Source of the DNA: Candidatus Marinacidobacterales bacterium
GTDB taxonomy: Bacteria > Acidobacteriota > Vicinamibacteria > Marinacidobacterales > DATDRI01
Length of the DNA: 64,000 bases
Assembly: GCA_965219415.1 (NCBI GenBank)
Contig: CBDCNP010000002.1
Location: 2,432,001 to 2,496,000 of the forward strand
Reading direction: 5' to 3'
Part shown: one piece after another, positions 26,292-37,181 of the stretch
Layout: the number at the start of each line of letters is the position of its first letter
Position numbering within the stretch: the stretch's first letter is position 1
Notes under the pieces: generated by a model
The model's input: only the letters and a program-made list of their open reading frames with translations
Databases searched by the model: none
What the model was told of the DNA's origin: nothing
Made by a program: the position numbers and the translations under genes

Positions 26292-27431
26292 CTAGCCGAG
26301 AACCTCTCCGTACACCCGAAGTAGGTTTAACCCCAGCACTTTCTTGATGTCGGGCATGGAATAGCCCCGCTTCTTCAGGCCCTTAGCGATCGTTAGATAA
26401 CGGTGAGCGTCGTTTATCCCGTCTAAAAACGGGGGGTACTTGGGTCTCACGAGGTTCCAATCTTGGGCGCTATAGCCTTTCTTTACCGCCTCCCAGATCT
26501 GGTCGGGCTCGGTAACTGGCCAGCCGGGAAGCCCCATATCGGATCCGAACCCCACGTGATCCGGCCCGACGAGCTGGACGGCGTGATCGAAGTGATCGAG
26601 CAGGTCGTCTAGAGTGGATCGTGGCTTCTCGCTCACGAACCAAGAAAGAATCGTCATGCCCATCACGCCACCGTTTCGCGCCAGTGCCTTGATCTGTTCG
26701 TCGCTCTTGTTGCGCGGGTGGTCGTAAAGAGCCTTACAGTTCGAGTGTGAGAAGAGGATGGGTTTGGTGGACGCCTCGACGGCATCGAGCGTGGTTCGGT
26801 ATCCACTGTGAGCCACATCGACCACGATTCCCATCTCATTCATTTTTTCGACAAGCTCGAGCCCGAAACGAGTTAGGCCGCCGTCGACCCGTTCGAGGCA
26901 ACCATTCCCAACTAGATTTCGCCAGTTGTAGGTGAGCTGGATTTGACGCACCCCCAAGCCGTGGAAGACCTCAAGATTTTTGAGGTCTGTCCCAATCGCG
27001 GTGGTCCCTTGGAAATTGGCCAGAACGCCCAGTTTGCCCTGCGCCTTCGCCGTCTCGATGTCGGAGCCTTTGCGTATGAATGTGACATTGTCGTGATACC
27101 GAGCGACGGTGCTGGTCAGCTCTGCCAACCGTCTGACCGCGCCATGGAAGGCGCGGTCGGGGTCCCTATCTCTCGTGTCCGTCGTAGGGCTGACAACCGT
27201 AACGCCGGAGTCCGCCAGCATGGCGAGATCGAGCGTCGAGTGATCGGCACCACGTAGATCGGGGTTTCGATGAAGATACGAAAGGGCGTCGATTACCACG
27301 CTGTCAGCCACAATGGCCTCAATACTCGGTTGCGCTGAGGTGGCGGAGGCCTTGGAACCTCGTCCAATGGGTGTAGCGACCGCCCCAGCGGCGGCTAGAC
27401 GCTTCAAGAAAGATCTGCGGTTGATCGACAT
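26292..27431 (-). CDS. Tat-exported membrane dipeptidase (M19 family)
   Basis: MSINRRSFLK twin-arginine signal; QLTYN..N..G.GC, VDVAH, SHSNC....HPRNKSD, GFGSD. Confidence 0.9.
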   Translation of the reverse strand: MSINRRSFLKRLAAAGAVATPIGRGSKASATSAQPSIEAIVADSVVIDALSYLHRNPDLRGADHSTLDLAMLADSGVTVVSPTTDTRDRDPDRAFHGAVRRLAELTSTVARYHDNVTFIRKGSDIETAKAQGKLGVLANFQGTTAIGTDLKNLEVFHGLGVRQIQLTYNWRNLVGNGCLERVDGGLTRFGLELVEKMNEMGIVVDVAHSGYRTTLDAVEASTKPILFSHSNCKALYDHPRNKSDEQIKALARNGGVMGMTILSWFVSEKPRSTLDDLLDHFDHAVQLVGPDHVGFGSDMGLPGWPVTEPDQIWEAVKKGYSAQDWNLVRPKYPPFLDGINDAHRYLTIAKGLKKRGYSMPDIKKVLGLNLLRVYGEVLG

Positions 27432-27743
27432 GCCAATCTCCTGATGCGGTTGAACCTTCGTGACATCTCGCGAATTCCTCAAGGTTGACCGAGTGTGACA
27501 GTTTGGGCGCTTGCTCGAGCGCAGCCTGCACGGTCAATCGATGGGAAAAGCATTCTCCTCTATTTTCCTCTTTTTCGCGACTAGTTCCGTCCATGCGTCT
27601 GAATCGCGGGAGGGAGGTCCTCAGCTTTTAATCGTAAACGGCACGCTGAGGGCGTCCGACGCGGCTCGATAGGATGAAGCCCACTCTGCCACGGTCCAAT
27701 GACGAACGTATGACCCGCGACGCGGCAACCGAGAACTTCTGGC

Positions 27744-28978
27744 TCACTCCGGCACGATTGGCAGCACCATTCGCGACGGATAACGGGCGGAATGGTGGAC
27801 GCTGTTGTTGGCGGTTTTCCATTCGGTCTCGTCGTAGTCGCGGCCGCCGGTGTTGAGGTTGCGCCCGTACCGGGGGAAGTTACTCGATGACACCTCGATG
27901 CGGATGCGGTGGCCTTTCTTGAAAAAGTTGCTGGTGCCCAAGGGCCCGACTTTCACTTCGTAGACCTCGCCCGGTTTCATGAACACTTCCTTGTCGGAGC
28001 CTTCGCGATAGCGGGCACGCTGGATCGAGTCGTCGAGATTGTAGGCCGTGCCATCCGGATAGACATCGAGGACCTTGACCGCGAAGTCCGTATCTTTGGC
28101 ATCGGACGAGACGTGGAGCGTCACCTCGATCGGCCCGGTCACGTTGACGCCCTCCTCGAGCGGCTCGCTCGTATAGATCAGGACGTCGCGGCGCAGCTCG
28201 AGATGGGATTGGTCGAATGCGCCCGGCACGGCATCCGTACCCATGCAGCAGAAGCCACCACCGAGTGACGGCACCGGATATCCCGGATCGTAGACGAACG
28301 TGTCGTAAGCGGATGAACTAGGCTTGACTGGGGTGAGCCGACCGTCACCCAAGGTCGAATTCGCATCCCCCGAGCCGGCGAGATAGTAGGTGACGAAGTT
28401 GGTCTTGGGATGCGGCCAGCCGTCATAGCCGCGCCACTCGTTCTTGCCCATGAGATAGCTTTCGACCTTGGGCCGCTTGCCGACGTCGTTGTCTTCGCCC
28501 TTGAGCCAACGGTCGAACCAATCAACGAACAGCGTTTGGTAATCGTAGCGGGCGTCACCTAGAAATCGCTCGCCCACGACCGTCTGCTCGGTCTCCCGCC
28601 CCATGGCGCAATGCTGCACCGGCGAGATGACCATGAATTGATTGTCGCGTACCTCCGGGTCCGTCCCCTTCCTGCGAGCATAGTTGAAGAGCTCGATGTT
28701 CGGCATGACCGATATGTCGTACCAGGAGAAAACCCAGAGCGTCGGCACGCCGTAGTCATCGCCCTCGTTGAAGAAGTCCGTCTCCGCCCACTTGGGATCG
28801 CCGGGGGTGCGCAGAATGAAGTCGTCGAACGGGCTCTCGAGGCCATGGATGTTGGGCATCAGATCTTGAAGTGGCAGATGACGGATAGCCTTCGCGAGAT
28901 CGAACGGGGGCACCTTGGGGTGCAGATCATAGAAGCGCGACAGGCGGATGCGGTCTTCCCGTGTTGTCTCTTTGGACA
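27744..28978 (-). pseudogene. CocE/NonD-family hydrolase, 5'-truncated by an IS5-family element
   Basis: FSWYD, ISPVQHC, WFDRWLKG, YDP..PVPSLGG, R.DVLIYTS, DTDF.VK, VSSSNFPRY.RN.NTG; the N-terminus with the catalytic Ser is replaced by the IS end at 28979. Confidence 0.88.
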
Positions 28979-30063
28979 TGCCTTGGTGCACAACTCCGAT
29001 AGAGGCCGAGAGCTCGCTTGGCCCCGACTCCCATCATCCGATCATCTCGCTATCAGGCATCCCGAGCGCCGTCATGGTTGAGAATCTTGCACCCGATCCT
29101 TGCCTCACCTCTCTGTGCCGCCAACCCTCTCGCTCGCATCGCTGAGCCCACGATAGCCTTGTAGCGATGGAACGTTGTCTCGACTTTGCTCCGTTTGCTG
29201 TAGCCTGATTCTGTGTGCCACTTTCGTTTGCCGAGCCGAGCTTGTGCTGCAATGTTGCGATTGCGCTGTCGGCTGCTCGCCGGCCCCGATGCGAGCAGGG
29301 CGCCCTTGCGCGGCGGTATCAGCACCCTCGGCGAGCGATGAGCGCTGTGATTCTCGATTGCCTCATAGACGCCGCCGGCGTCGTATGCGGTGTCAGCTCT
29401 GGCCGATGAGATGGGACTGTCGATCTGTCCGACAAGCGATGTAACCCGCGATGAATCGCGGGCTCTTTTGCTCGTCAGCTCGCCGGCGACGACTTCGCCA
29501 CTCTGCTCGTCGACACACAGATGGAGCTTGCGATAGTCCCTGCTCTTTTGTGCTCTGCGCAGCTGGCCGGCGTGGACAGCGAGACCGCTGCTGTCGAACA
29601 AGATGTGCAACGGCGTCTTCTGCTTGACTGGGTAGAAGGGGACCTTACCCAGCTTCGGCTTGCGCCTCGAGATCGTGGTGTGATCGGGCACATCATTGTC
29701 TAGCTTCATCAGAGCGAACAACGACCGCAGCAATCCCTCGCTCTGCCTAGATGACAGATGAAACACCATGCCCAGGGTGACAGCCGTCTCGATGGCGTGG
29801 TTCGAGTATTTGCGTTGACGGCCCGGTTTCCTCCTCCTTGGCCGGGGCGCGTCCCAGTTCACAAGCTTGCCGGCGGTGAGCGAGATCCAGACGGTCAGGC
29901 TCCCGCGGTTGCGTAGACCCGCCTCATATTCACGCCAATTCCTCACGCGATAGGCCTTCTTCACATACTTCCGCTGAGTGCGTTTGAAAATGCTCATGGG
30001 GAACCTCGTATCCGCGAGTACAGGACAATTGTGGACCGAGATCGAGAGTTGTGCACCAAGGCA
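28979..30063 (-). mobile_element. IS5-family (IS903 group) element, copy 1; transposase 29997 to 29034 with a 2-bp deletion near the C-terminus
   Basis: Perfect 18-bp IRs TGCCTTGGTGCACAACTC; near-identical to 55218-56304; no flanking direct repeat. Confidence 0.92.
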
Positions 30064-30442
30064 GCTCTTCGATAGGTGCTCCTCACCGAGCAGTGGTTTC
30101 AGCGCTTTGCGGATCCGGCGGCTATTCGCGCCCGACAAGTACGTCCCCAAGAGCGCCTCGTCGACCTCACGAGTCCGGCGCGCGTACCGGGGCAACAGCT
30201 CGCTCCTGAACTCTGTCGTTTCTCCCGTTTCCTCGTCTCGCACGCGGGCTCGTGGCACCCGGAGCTCGCGAGTTCCCACCGACGTCGTCACGCGACGGGT
30301 TTCGGCTCCGTTGCGATATCCACGGCGGTCTTCCGCACGCTCGTAGCTACAACACCCCAGCGCTTGGTTGACTTCTTCCTCGAGCACGACCTCGATCGCC
30401 TCCAGTACCCGCTTACGCAGCCGAAGTTGGACGAACTCCCGG
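30064..30442 (-). pseudogene. Internal IS256 transposase fragment
   Basis: Near-identical to about 59062-59440 (REFVQLRLR...EEHLSKS); lacks both IS ends. Confidence 0.88.
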
Positions 30443-31356
30443 CGCAGCGACTCGTCGATCACTCCGTCCGGGCCGATCGCGGTTCCAAACAGACGTGAAA
30501 CCACCTTCGAGACTTCCAAGGCCCGGCTGGCACCACTGCCTTCGCTGGACATCGTCGCAGAAGTCCCAATACAGATTGGAACCTTGTTAGGCGTGCAGCG
30601 ATCGCGTAGCCGACGAACAAGAATGGCAACGTCAGCGCCCTGGCGGCCGCGGTAAGTATGCAACTCGTCCAGGACGATGAACTCAAGCCCACTCGCGTTC
30701 GCCATGACTTGGGAATCGACGGGGTCTTGCCGAGTCAGCAAAAGCTCCGCCATCATGAAGTTGGTCAGGAGAATATCCGGCGGATTGTCCGCGACCCGCT
30801 GACGTTCCTCCTGGTTCTCCTGTCCGGTGTAACGCCGGACCACCGGCCTGAGATTCTCCGAAAGGCCTGACTGGTCGATGAATTTGTTGATTTCCTTGAC
30901 CTGGCTGTTAGCGAGTGCGTTCATCGGATACACGATGATCGCCCGTGTCCTCGGCGCATAGCCAGCCTCCCGCGCGCGGATGATGGCATCCACGATCGGA
31001 ACGAAAAATCAGAGGGATTTGCCCGAGCCGGTCCCCGTGGTCACAACGAAACTCTGTCCCGCCCGCGCTTTGGCGAAGGCCTGTCCCTGGTGCCTATGAA
31101 ATGGAAGCCGCTCTGATCCGAAAGGGAAGGCCTGGGCCGTTTCAGGGCAAATGTCACCGGAGTTGACGAGATCGTCGGCGGTTGGCCCTGCTTCGTATCG
31201 CGGATTCAGGGAAAGAAGAGCGTCCGGCCAAAAACGGCCTTCTTCATACTCTCGTTCAATCGCCTCACGCAGGTCGGCCGCCTTAATCTTGCCGAAAGAC
31301 TGAGAGAATCGGGCGTAGCTCTCTACAATGTGGCGATCAAATAGAAAGGCCTTCAT
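30443..31356 (-). pseudogene. DEAD/DEAH-box helicase N-terminal fragment (large DUF1998-type family) with in-frame TGA
   Basis: WPDALLSLNPRYE, HQ.QA, TGTGSGKSL*FF.PI.D, YPMNALANSQ, PDILLTNFMM.E, VLDELHTYRGRQGADVA, IGTSAT; cut at VIDESLR. Confidence 0.85.
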
Positions 31357-31479
31357 CTAGCGCTCTGTATTTGTGCCCCGCGGGAAACTTCTCTCAGGAC
31401 ATCAAGCTTCCGCCGGAAGCCGTCTCTGATTCTTAACGGATGAAGCCTACCATGATCGGGTGAATCAGGTGGCCCGATT

Positions 31480-31640
31480 AGAATCCTCAATCATGAGGAC
31501 GCCGATTAGCCCTTGACATGGTTGGTGGTCGCCATCGCTGGTTGGATCCAGCGTGACCAACAGGCCGCTATCGTCTACTTGCTTGAGGAGAACAGGTCCT
31601 CAAAGCTCGGCTTTGCGGGAAGAGGCTTCATCTCGACCAT
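31480..31640 (+). mobile_element. rve-integrase-type transposase 5' fragment
   Basis: LVVAIAGWIQRDQQAAIVYLLEENR; DNA similar to 57917-57990 on the minus strand. Confidence 0.6.
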
Positions 31641-31929
31641 CCACTCAGGCATCGTCGCTCGCGGCCTCGTTCACCAGAACCCATGCCACGCGTCGCTCCG
31701 CGTCACCCAGCCACGACACCGCCTCGGGGTGACGCACCAGGCCGCCTTCGAGACGAACGAACAGTGCCGGGAGCTCCCACACTACCAACGCCTCGGGGTC
31801 GAGCCAGACCAAGCCGCCTTGAGCGCCCCGCGGGTGTCCATGCCGCTGCGCAAGTCACAATCGCGTAGCCGTCGTGTTTGATGGAGAAGCCTTCGGCTCC
31901 CGGCCAGGTCTGTTCGAAGTGCAGCTGAT

Positions 31930-32169
31930 ATTCTGGAGACGCTTGCCCCGAAGCCCGGCTCGGAGCACACGGTTCTCCTCTTGCAGGTAGTCGATCACAT
32001 CCTGCTGCTGGCGGTTGACCCAGCCAGCCACAACGAGCAGTAGGAATTGCGCGTGGTACGTCATCATGGATCTGAAGATAACACCCTCGGGACAGACGAT
32101 TGTAAAGCCTACGGCCCTTGGCCCGGCGCGCCAAGTCTTGAGTTCGTTTGTGTTTTTGGACAGGACGCG
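31930..32169 (-). mobile_element. rve-integrase-type element left end and transposase 5' fragment
   Basis: FLLLVVAGWVNRQQQDVIDYLQEENRVLR; terminal segment agtcttgagttcgtttgtgtttttggacaggacgc is shared with 58066-58099. Confidence 0.65.
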
Positions 32170-32339
32170 TTCGTGACCTTCGCTTCGCGCTAAATGGAGC
32201 ATAAGCGCCTATTTTGCAAAGGGATGCGTACACATCACCAACAGCAAACAGCGCAAGCACCTTACGGCCCGGTAACTCGCTCACCATCCCAAAGATGACT
32301 TTGTCAGTCAGCTTCATCCCCTTCGTTTCCTCCACGAAC

Positions 32340-32421
32340 GTGACTCAAGCTACGGGGCTTCTGACTCCTGCCCCGGTGGGACTTGTCTCCCACTGAACAT
32401 GCCAGCCTTCACTGGACGCAC
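32340..32421 (-). ncRNA. Group II intron 5' end remnant (part of domain I)
   Basis: Minus strand reads GTGCGTCCAGTGAAGGCTGGCATGTTCAGTGGGAGACAAGTCCCACCGGGGCAGGAGTCAGAAGCCCCGTAGC: GUGYG 5' consensus plus stem-loops. No reverse transcriptase in the window. Confidence 0.65.
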
Positions 32422-32525
32422 TCCCTTCCATAAACTTGAGCTGCATGAGGTTGGCAAACTGCCTGCAACCAGGACGCTTTGGTCGTCTTCATGTAGGACG
32501 TTTTGAGAGCCGGCGTCGGCTCTAC

Positions 32526-32909
32526 TCAGGGGTAGAGGTGTTTGCGGGAACGACCCGCGAGACGGGCCGTGGCAGAAATGCTCACGCCCTCGACTCGCAG
32601 GCTCGCTACTTGGTCGAACTCCCCGCGAGTGCAGCGAAGGCCGGAATACGCTGTGCCCGTGTTCGTGCTAACGGTTCCCCCGCATATCTTGCAACGGTAA
32701 CGCCGTCGGCGACCCGACTTGGTGGTAAACCAGCCGTGGCCACCGATGTTGATGCCCCGCTTTCCACAGTTCTCGCACCCTGGCTTGGAGCATGCCTGAT
32801 TCTGGATGGTTTTCATCATTCCAGTGTAGCGGCGTTGAAAAATAGGCTGTTATACTCATGATTTCATGGGCTTGCAGTCGATCGATCAACAGCGAACAGG
32901 GCAAGCACC
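32526..32909 (-). mobile_element. IS1-family remnant (left end and Zn-ribbon/HTH N-terminus)
   Basis: C...GC..CG...HG......RRRYRCK.CG...S...GT.Y.GLR...EGVSISATAR; end GGTGCTTGCCCTGTTCGCTGTTGATCG. Confidence 0.65.
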
Positions 32910-33267
32910 CCGTGCGGCAGCGGGTCAGCAGTTTGCACCTTCCCAAAGGCCGCTTGAGTTCGCCATCGCGGTGGGATACGTGTTCCAGTTCAGCGGAAGG
33001 AGTCGCGATGGACTGGAAGACTTAGTTGCTGGAAGGGAGCTTTGTGAGAGACTAAAGAGACCGTCTCCAATCACATCTTCCCGCCTTCCACCAGCCGGCC
33101 GTGGACGCCATCGTCGGCAAGTCATGGGGTCACCGCGGCCACAACTTCCCCTGAAATCGTTTTCCCCTCGCGGTGACCAATACAGATCAAGAGCTCTTCT
33201 CAGTCCCACACCAGATGGCGTGGCTGAAATATAATGCCGCTCATCTCAAACTAAGGACGTCACTTCT

Positions 33268-35325
33268 TTGACTCTTTGGAAACCCGTCGGCCTCGTAGCG
33301 GCCATGGGTTTCCTTGCCGGCATAAGCGTTCTCGCCGTCACGTCTTTTCCTTTCCGCCTCGGGCCAGATTCCGCGGGTTGGCCACGTCTTGTAAAGGGGG
33401 TGAGCGCAAAAGGAAATGTGGACCAAGGAGCGGTAGTGCTCCTGCCTGGAATCAACCGACGCTCTGCTCCCAACATCTTCATCGACTTCGAGCAGGAGCC
33501 TCTCGCCCGAGCCACGCTAGCCGTCTCGGTGGATCAGGGTCCGGTGTACCAACTCCCATCAGACAGCGGCGGAACGGCAAGTCTCACGCTGCCCCGTGCT
33601 ACCAACCCGGGAGCGCGCCTGGACATCTTCCGCCTCGAGGGGACTCCCGCAATCCGGCTTCGGTCTCTCTCGGTCACTCCCACGGCCAGTCCGGCTTGGA
33701 ACTCCATCCTTGCTGCAAGCGGCCTTGCCTGCGCTCTGACGCTTGTCTTTCTCGTGTGGAGGGGGCGTGCTGTGGCGACCGGTCTTGGACTCTGCTCTGC
33801 AGGCCTCCTCACTCTCGCTTACTCGCCGGCCATGGTTTTCTTGCTCTTCCCGGACCGGCCCTCCTCTCTACGTGTGCTCCTCATTGGCGGGCTGCTGCTC
33901 GCGGGCTTCGAGGCCGGGCGCCGTCTCGAAACGGGCGCTCGGCCGTCTTATTGGTTGGCGGTGGCCCTTCTGATCGCGGCCGTTTTCGGATCTTGGGTTC
34001 GGGTGTACTTTCTGCCCTCTGCCGGCTCTTGGGATGTGGAGTTCTGGCAAGCTTGGACCGCCCGCGCTACCTCTCACGGCATCACAAGAGTCTACGGCGA
34101 TCCGGACGCAGTTCCTCCAGGGCATTTCCTTTCCCAGCTTCGCGGAGAAGAACCTCTGTGGGAAGTACAAAGCCGCGACCGGAGCTTCTTGATCGACTAT
34201 CCCCCACTTGCCATGGTCGCCTGGCGCCTCTCCTGGGGCTTCGTACAGAGCCTACCGCTTCCTCTCGACCGAGCCGAGGCGCGCAACGTGGCGGCCAAGC
34301 TACCCGCCGTAGCGGGAGACGTTGCGATCGTCGCTATCTTGCTGTGGCTCTTCCGGCACCGACCACGCCGTGCTGCGGTCCTGGCCGCGCTCTTTTGGGC
34401 GCTCCCCATTTCCTGGCTGAGCAGTGCCATCCTCGGTTTTCAGGACCAGACCTACTCACCTCTCGTCATGGTAGCGGTCATTGCGGCGGGTCGATCTCAC
34501 GCCCTCTCGGCCGGAGCACTTCTGGTCATGGCTTCGATGACGAAACTCCTGGGTGCGGTCGCGACACCCAGCGTGTTGGTCGCATTGCTGGCGAACCAAG
34601 CGCGTCTTAGGGAGACGATCGGGAGGGCGGTCGCGGGCGCGGCAGGTGTGACGCTGATCGTTCTACTCCCTTTCACTATCGCAGGGACCCTCCCCGCCAT
34701 GGTCGTGCAGATCGTTCGTCAACTCGTTCCTGGAAATCTATCGAGCGGGTACCCCAACCCTTGGTGGATCTATGGCCACCTGGCGAACTTGGCAACGGTG
34801 GTAACGGATTCGATCGCTGGCCCCGTTTCCCGTCTCTTACTCAGCGACGTTTCCTTCGCGGCAGGCTCTGTCGGAACCGCGATCTTTGCTTTAGTCTTGG
34901 CATGGATTTGCTGGCAGCAGTATCGGTTTCCCGGAACCCTCCCGGCACTGCTCTCCAGCGCTACCGTTTTTCTTGCCTATGCCACATTCTCGGTTGGCGT
35001 TTTCGAAAATCATCCGCACGTTGCGTTCCCGCTTCTTTTCGGCACCGGTCTGGGCTCGCGAGGGTTGAAGATCCTCTGTGCCGGGGCCATGACGAGCTAC
35101 ATCTTGAATCTTCTCCTGCATTCCGGTCTGGGACGCTTGTACGGTACTCGCTACATGCTCTTGGAGCGCCTTGCCTCGGGCCTATCAGAGCTGCGTATGG
35201 CGGCCGGTTTCGATCTTACCCTCCTCCTGGCGGTGATCAACACGGTCGTGATGGTCGTGCTTTTTGCCATCTTGCCGCGAGAGCTAGAGACTCTGCAGCA
35301 ATCGGCAAAAAGGCGGTCGGAATGA
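33268..35325 (+). CDS. GT-C-like polytopic membrane glycosyltransferase
   Basis: GSWDVEFWQAW, DYPPLA, KLPAV.GD, G.QD, NPWW, VFENH; multiple TM segments; N-terminal soluble domain. Confidence 0.65.
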   Translation: MTLWKPVGLVAAMGFLAGISVLAVTSFPFRLGPDSAGWPRLVKGVSAKGNVDQGAVVLLPGINRRSAPNIFIDFEQEPLARATLAVSVDQGPVYQLPSDSGGTASLTLPRATNPGARLDIFRLEGTPAIRLRSLSVTPTASPAWNSILAASGLACALTLVFLVWRGRAVATGLGLCSAGLLTLAYSPAMVFLLFPDRPSSLRVLLIGGLLLAGFEAGRRLETGARPSYWLAVALLIAAVFGSWVRVYFLPSAGSWDVEFWQAWTARATSHGITRVYGDPDAVPPGHFLSQLRGEEPLWEVQSRDRSFLIDYPPLAMVAWRLSWGFVQSLPLPLDRAEARNVAAKLPAVAGDVAIVAILLWLFRHRPRRAAVLAALFWALPISWLSSAILGFQDQTYSPLVMVAVIAAGRSHALSAGALLVMASMTKLLGAVATPSVLVALLANQARLRETIGRAVAGAAGVTLIVLLPFTIAGTLPAMVVQIVRQLVPGNLSSGYPNPWWIYGHLANLATVVTDSIAGPVSRLLLSDVSFAAGSVGTAIFALVLAWICWQQYRFPGTLPALLSSATVFLAYATFSVGVFENHPHVAFPLLFGTGLGSRGLKILCAGAMTSYILNLLLHSGLGRLYGTRYMLLERLASGLSELRMAAGFDLTLLLAVINTVVMVVLFAILPRELETLQQSAKRRSE

Positions 35326-37181
35326 GGCAGGGACTTTCGACGTGTTGGCTCCCATCTTTGCTCGTGCTGGCGGGACTCCAGGCTTGTCTATTCCCCCAAT
35401 CAGGCAACCCTCACAAGGGAATCGTGGTCGGTCCTGATATGAGTTGGCGATACTTTATCGGCAATTCCAAGCCGACTGCCGACTGGCGCAAGCACTCCTT
35501 CGACGACAGCCATTGGGCCGAAGGCACTGGTGGCATCGGCTACGGGGACTCCGACGATGGTACCGTGATCGATCACACCATCTCTGTTTATCTGCGACGT
35601 ACCTTCTCACTTCCGGATCCGAGCCAACTCACGTCCATGGAGCTCTACGTGGATTACGACGACGCTTTTGTCGCTTATATAAACAACGTCGAGATCGCGC
35701 GGTCTGCAGGCTTGCGCGGGGCGCATCCTGCGCACAATCAACCATCGAGCGTTTCGCACGAAGCGTTGCTCTATGAAGGTGGGATCCCAGAAAGTAGTGA
35801 TGTCCCCCTGAATGTGCTCCAGCCCGATGATAACGTCTTGGCTCTGCAGGTTCACAACGTAAGTGAGAGTTCAACCGATCTCTCCTCCAATGCTTACCTC
35901 ATTGCCGAGATGATGGATGATGGCCAGGACTTTCTTCCTTTGCCAGAGTGGCTAGCAAGTACCATCGAAGTGGCAGGGTCGAATCTCCCGATCGTCGTCA
36001 TCACCACCGAGAACAGTGCCGACATTCCTGACGAGCCCAAGGTTTCCGCGCACATGGGCATTGTCAACAACCAGAACGGGCGACGTAATTACTTAACGAA
36101 CTCTTACAACGGATACGACGGATTCATCGGGATCGAAACCCGTGGATACTCGTCCCAAATGTACTTTCCGAAGAAGTCGTATGCTGTTGAAACCACAGAC
36201 CAAGATGGAAACAACCTAAGTATCTCGGTGCTCGGCCTTCCTAAAGATAACGACTGGATCCTAAACGCATCTTACTACGATCGTACTTTTCTACGTAACT
36301 CGCTTGCCCATCAGATGTCGCGAATGATGGGTCACTATTCGAGCCGCACCGTCCACTGTGAGTTGATCGTCAACGGACGGTACCAGGGCTTGTACGTTTT
36401 CATGGAGAAGATCAAGCGAGATCAGAATCGCGTGAATGTGTCGCCTCTTAGTTCGGCTGACGTTTCTGGCGAGGCAGTGACCGGAGGATATATCTACGAG
36501 TACAGTAAACGTGGTGGCGTCTCGGGCCAGAATGCTCTCAACTTGATTTATCCCCGACCCGACCGGGCCCGCAACGAGCAGGTCGAGTACATCAAAACGT
36601 ACGATGGCCGTTTCCGGGAGTTCATGCGTCAGAGCAACTCTGGGGCTCCCATCATGCAGTATTCAGGATGGATCGACATCGACAGTTTCGTGGATGAAAT
36701 GCTCATCCAGGAGGTAACGAAAAATGTCGACGCGTACGTCTATAGCAGTTTTTTCCACAAGGATCGCTCCGCGAAATTGAAAGCTGGACCGGCATGGGAT
36801 TTCGACCAATCCTTTGGGAACTCCACAAAGTGGAGGGGGGATCTGGCCGGTGGGTGGTTTGTCAAGAAACATGACCTCTTTTGGCGCGTCCTCTTCGAAG
36901 ACGCCGATTTTCAACGGATTTTGAACAAGCGGTGGTTCGACTTGAGGAAGAGCCATTTTCGAACCAGGACCCTTCTCCAAAGCGTGGATGAGATGGCTCA
37001 AGATTTACAGGAGGCACAGAAGAGAAACTTCGGGTATTGGCCCACCATCGGCGACAAGATATGGCGCGAACCTCCGGGCCTCGTGGGCTTGGTGTCCTAC
37101 CAACAGGAAGTCGACTACCTGAAACAGTGGATCGTCGAACGAATGAGTTGGCTCGACGAAGACCTTGCCCGCCGAAGATAG
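35322..37181 (+). CDS. CotH kinase-family lipoprotein
   Basis: LQAC lipobox; DYDDAFVAYIN beta-domain; IETRGYSSQ..PKKSY.VE, DWILNA.Y.DRT, YQGLYVFMEKIKR, NVDAY, GPAWDFD; ATGA overlap with the upstream gene. Confidence 0.88.
   Translation: MRQGLSTCWLPSLLVLAGLQACLFPQSGNPHKGIVVGPDMSWRYFIGNSKPTADWRKHSFDDSHWAEGTGGIGYGDSDDGTVIDHTISVYLRRTFSLPDPSQLTSMELYVDYDDAFVAYINNVEIARSAGLRGAHPAHNQPSSVSHEALLYEGGIPESSDVPLNVLQPDDNVLALQVHNVSESSTDLSSNAYLIAEMMDDGQDFLPLPEWLASTIEVAGSNLPIVVITTENSADIPDEPKVSAHMGIVNNQNGRRNYLTNSYNGYDGFIGIETRGYSSQMYFPKKSYAVETTDQDGNNLSISVLGLPKDNDWILNASYYDRTFLRNSLAHQMSRMMGHYSSRTVHCELIVNGRYQGLYVFMEKIKRDQNRVNVSPLSSADVSGEAVTGGYIYEYSKRGGVSGQNALNLIYPRPDRARNEQVEYIKTYDGRFREFMRQSNSGAPIMQYSGWIDIDSFVDEMLIQEVTKNVDAYVYSSFFHKDRSAKLKAGPAWDFDQSFGNSTKWRGDLAGGWFVKKHDLFWRVLFEDADFQRILNKRWFDLRKSHFRTRTLLQSVDEMAQDLQEAQKRNFGYWPTIGDKIWREPPGLVGLVSYQQEVDYLKQWIVERMSWLDEDLARRR

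Noticed and set aside
31009-31011. In-frame TGA at a probable Cys position as selenocysteine or recoding
   Set aside because: No SECIS-like hairpin is evident, the gene is truncated anyway, and TGA is used as a normal stop throughout the window.
33276-34610. Long alternative-frame and antisense ORFs (also 24606-25637, 19772-20563, 40436-41224 and the 34761-35321 extension)
   Set aside because: They shadow well-supported genes, have no recognisable motifs, and are expected at high GC.
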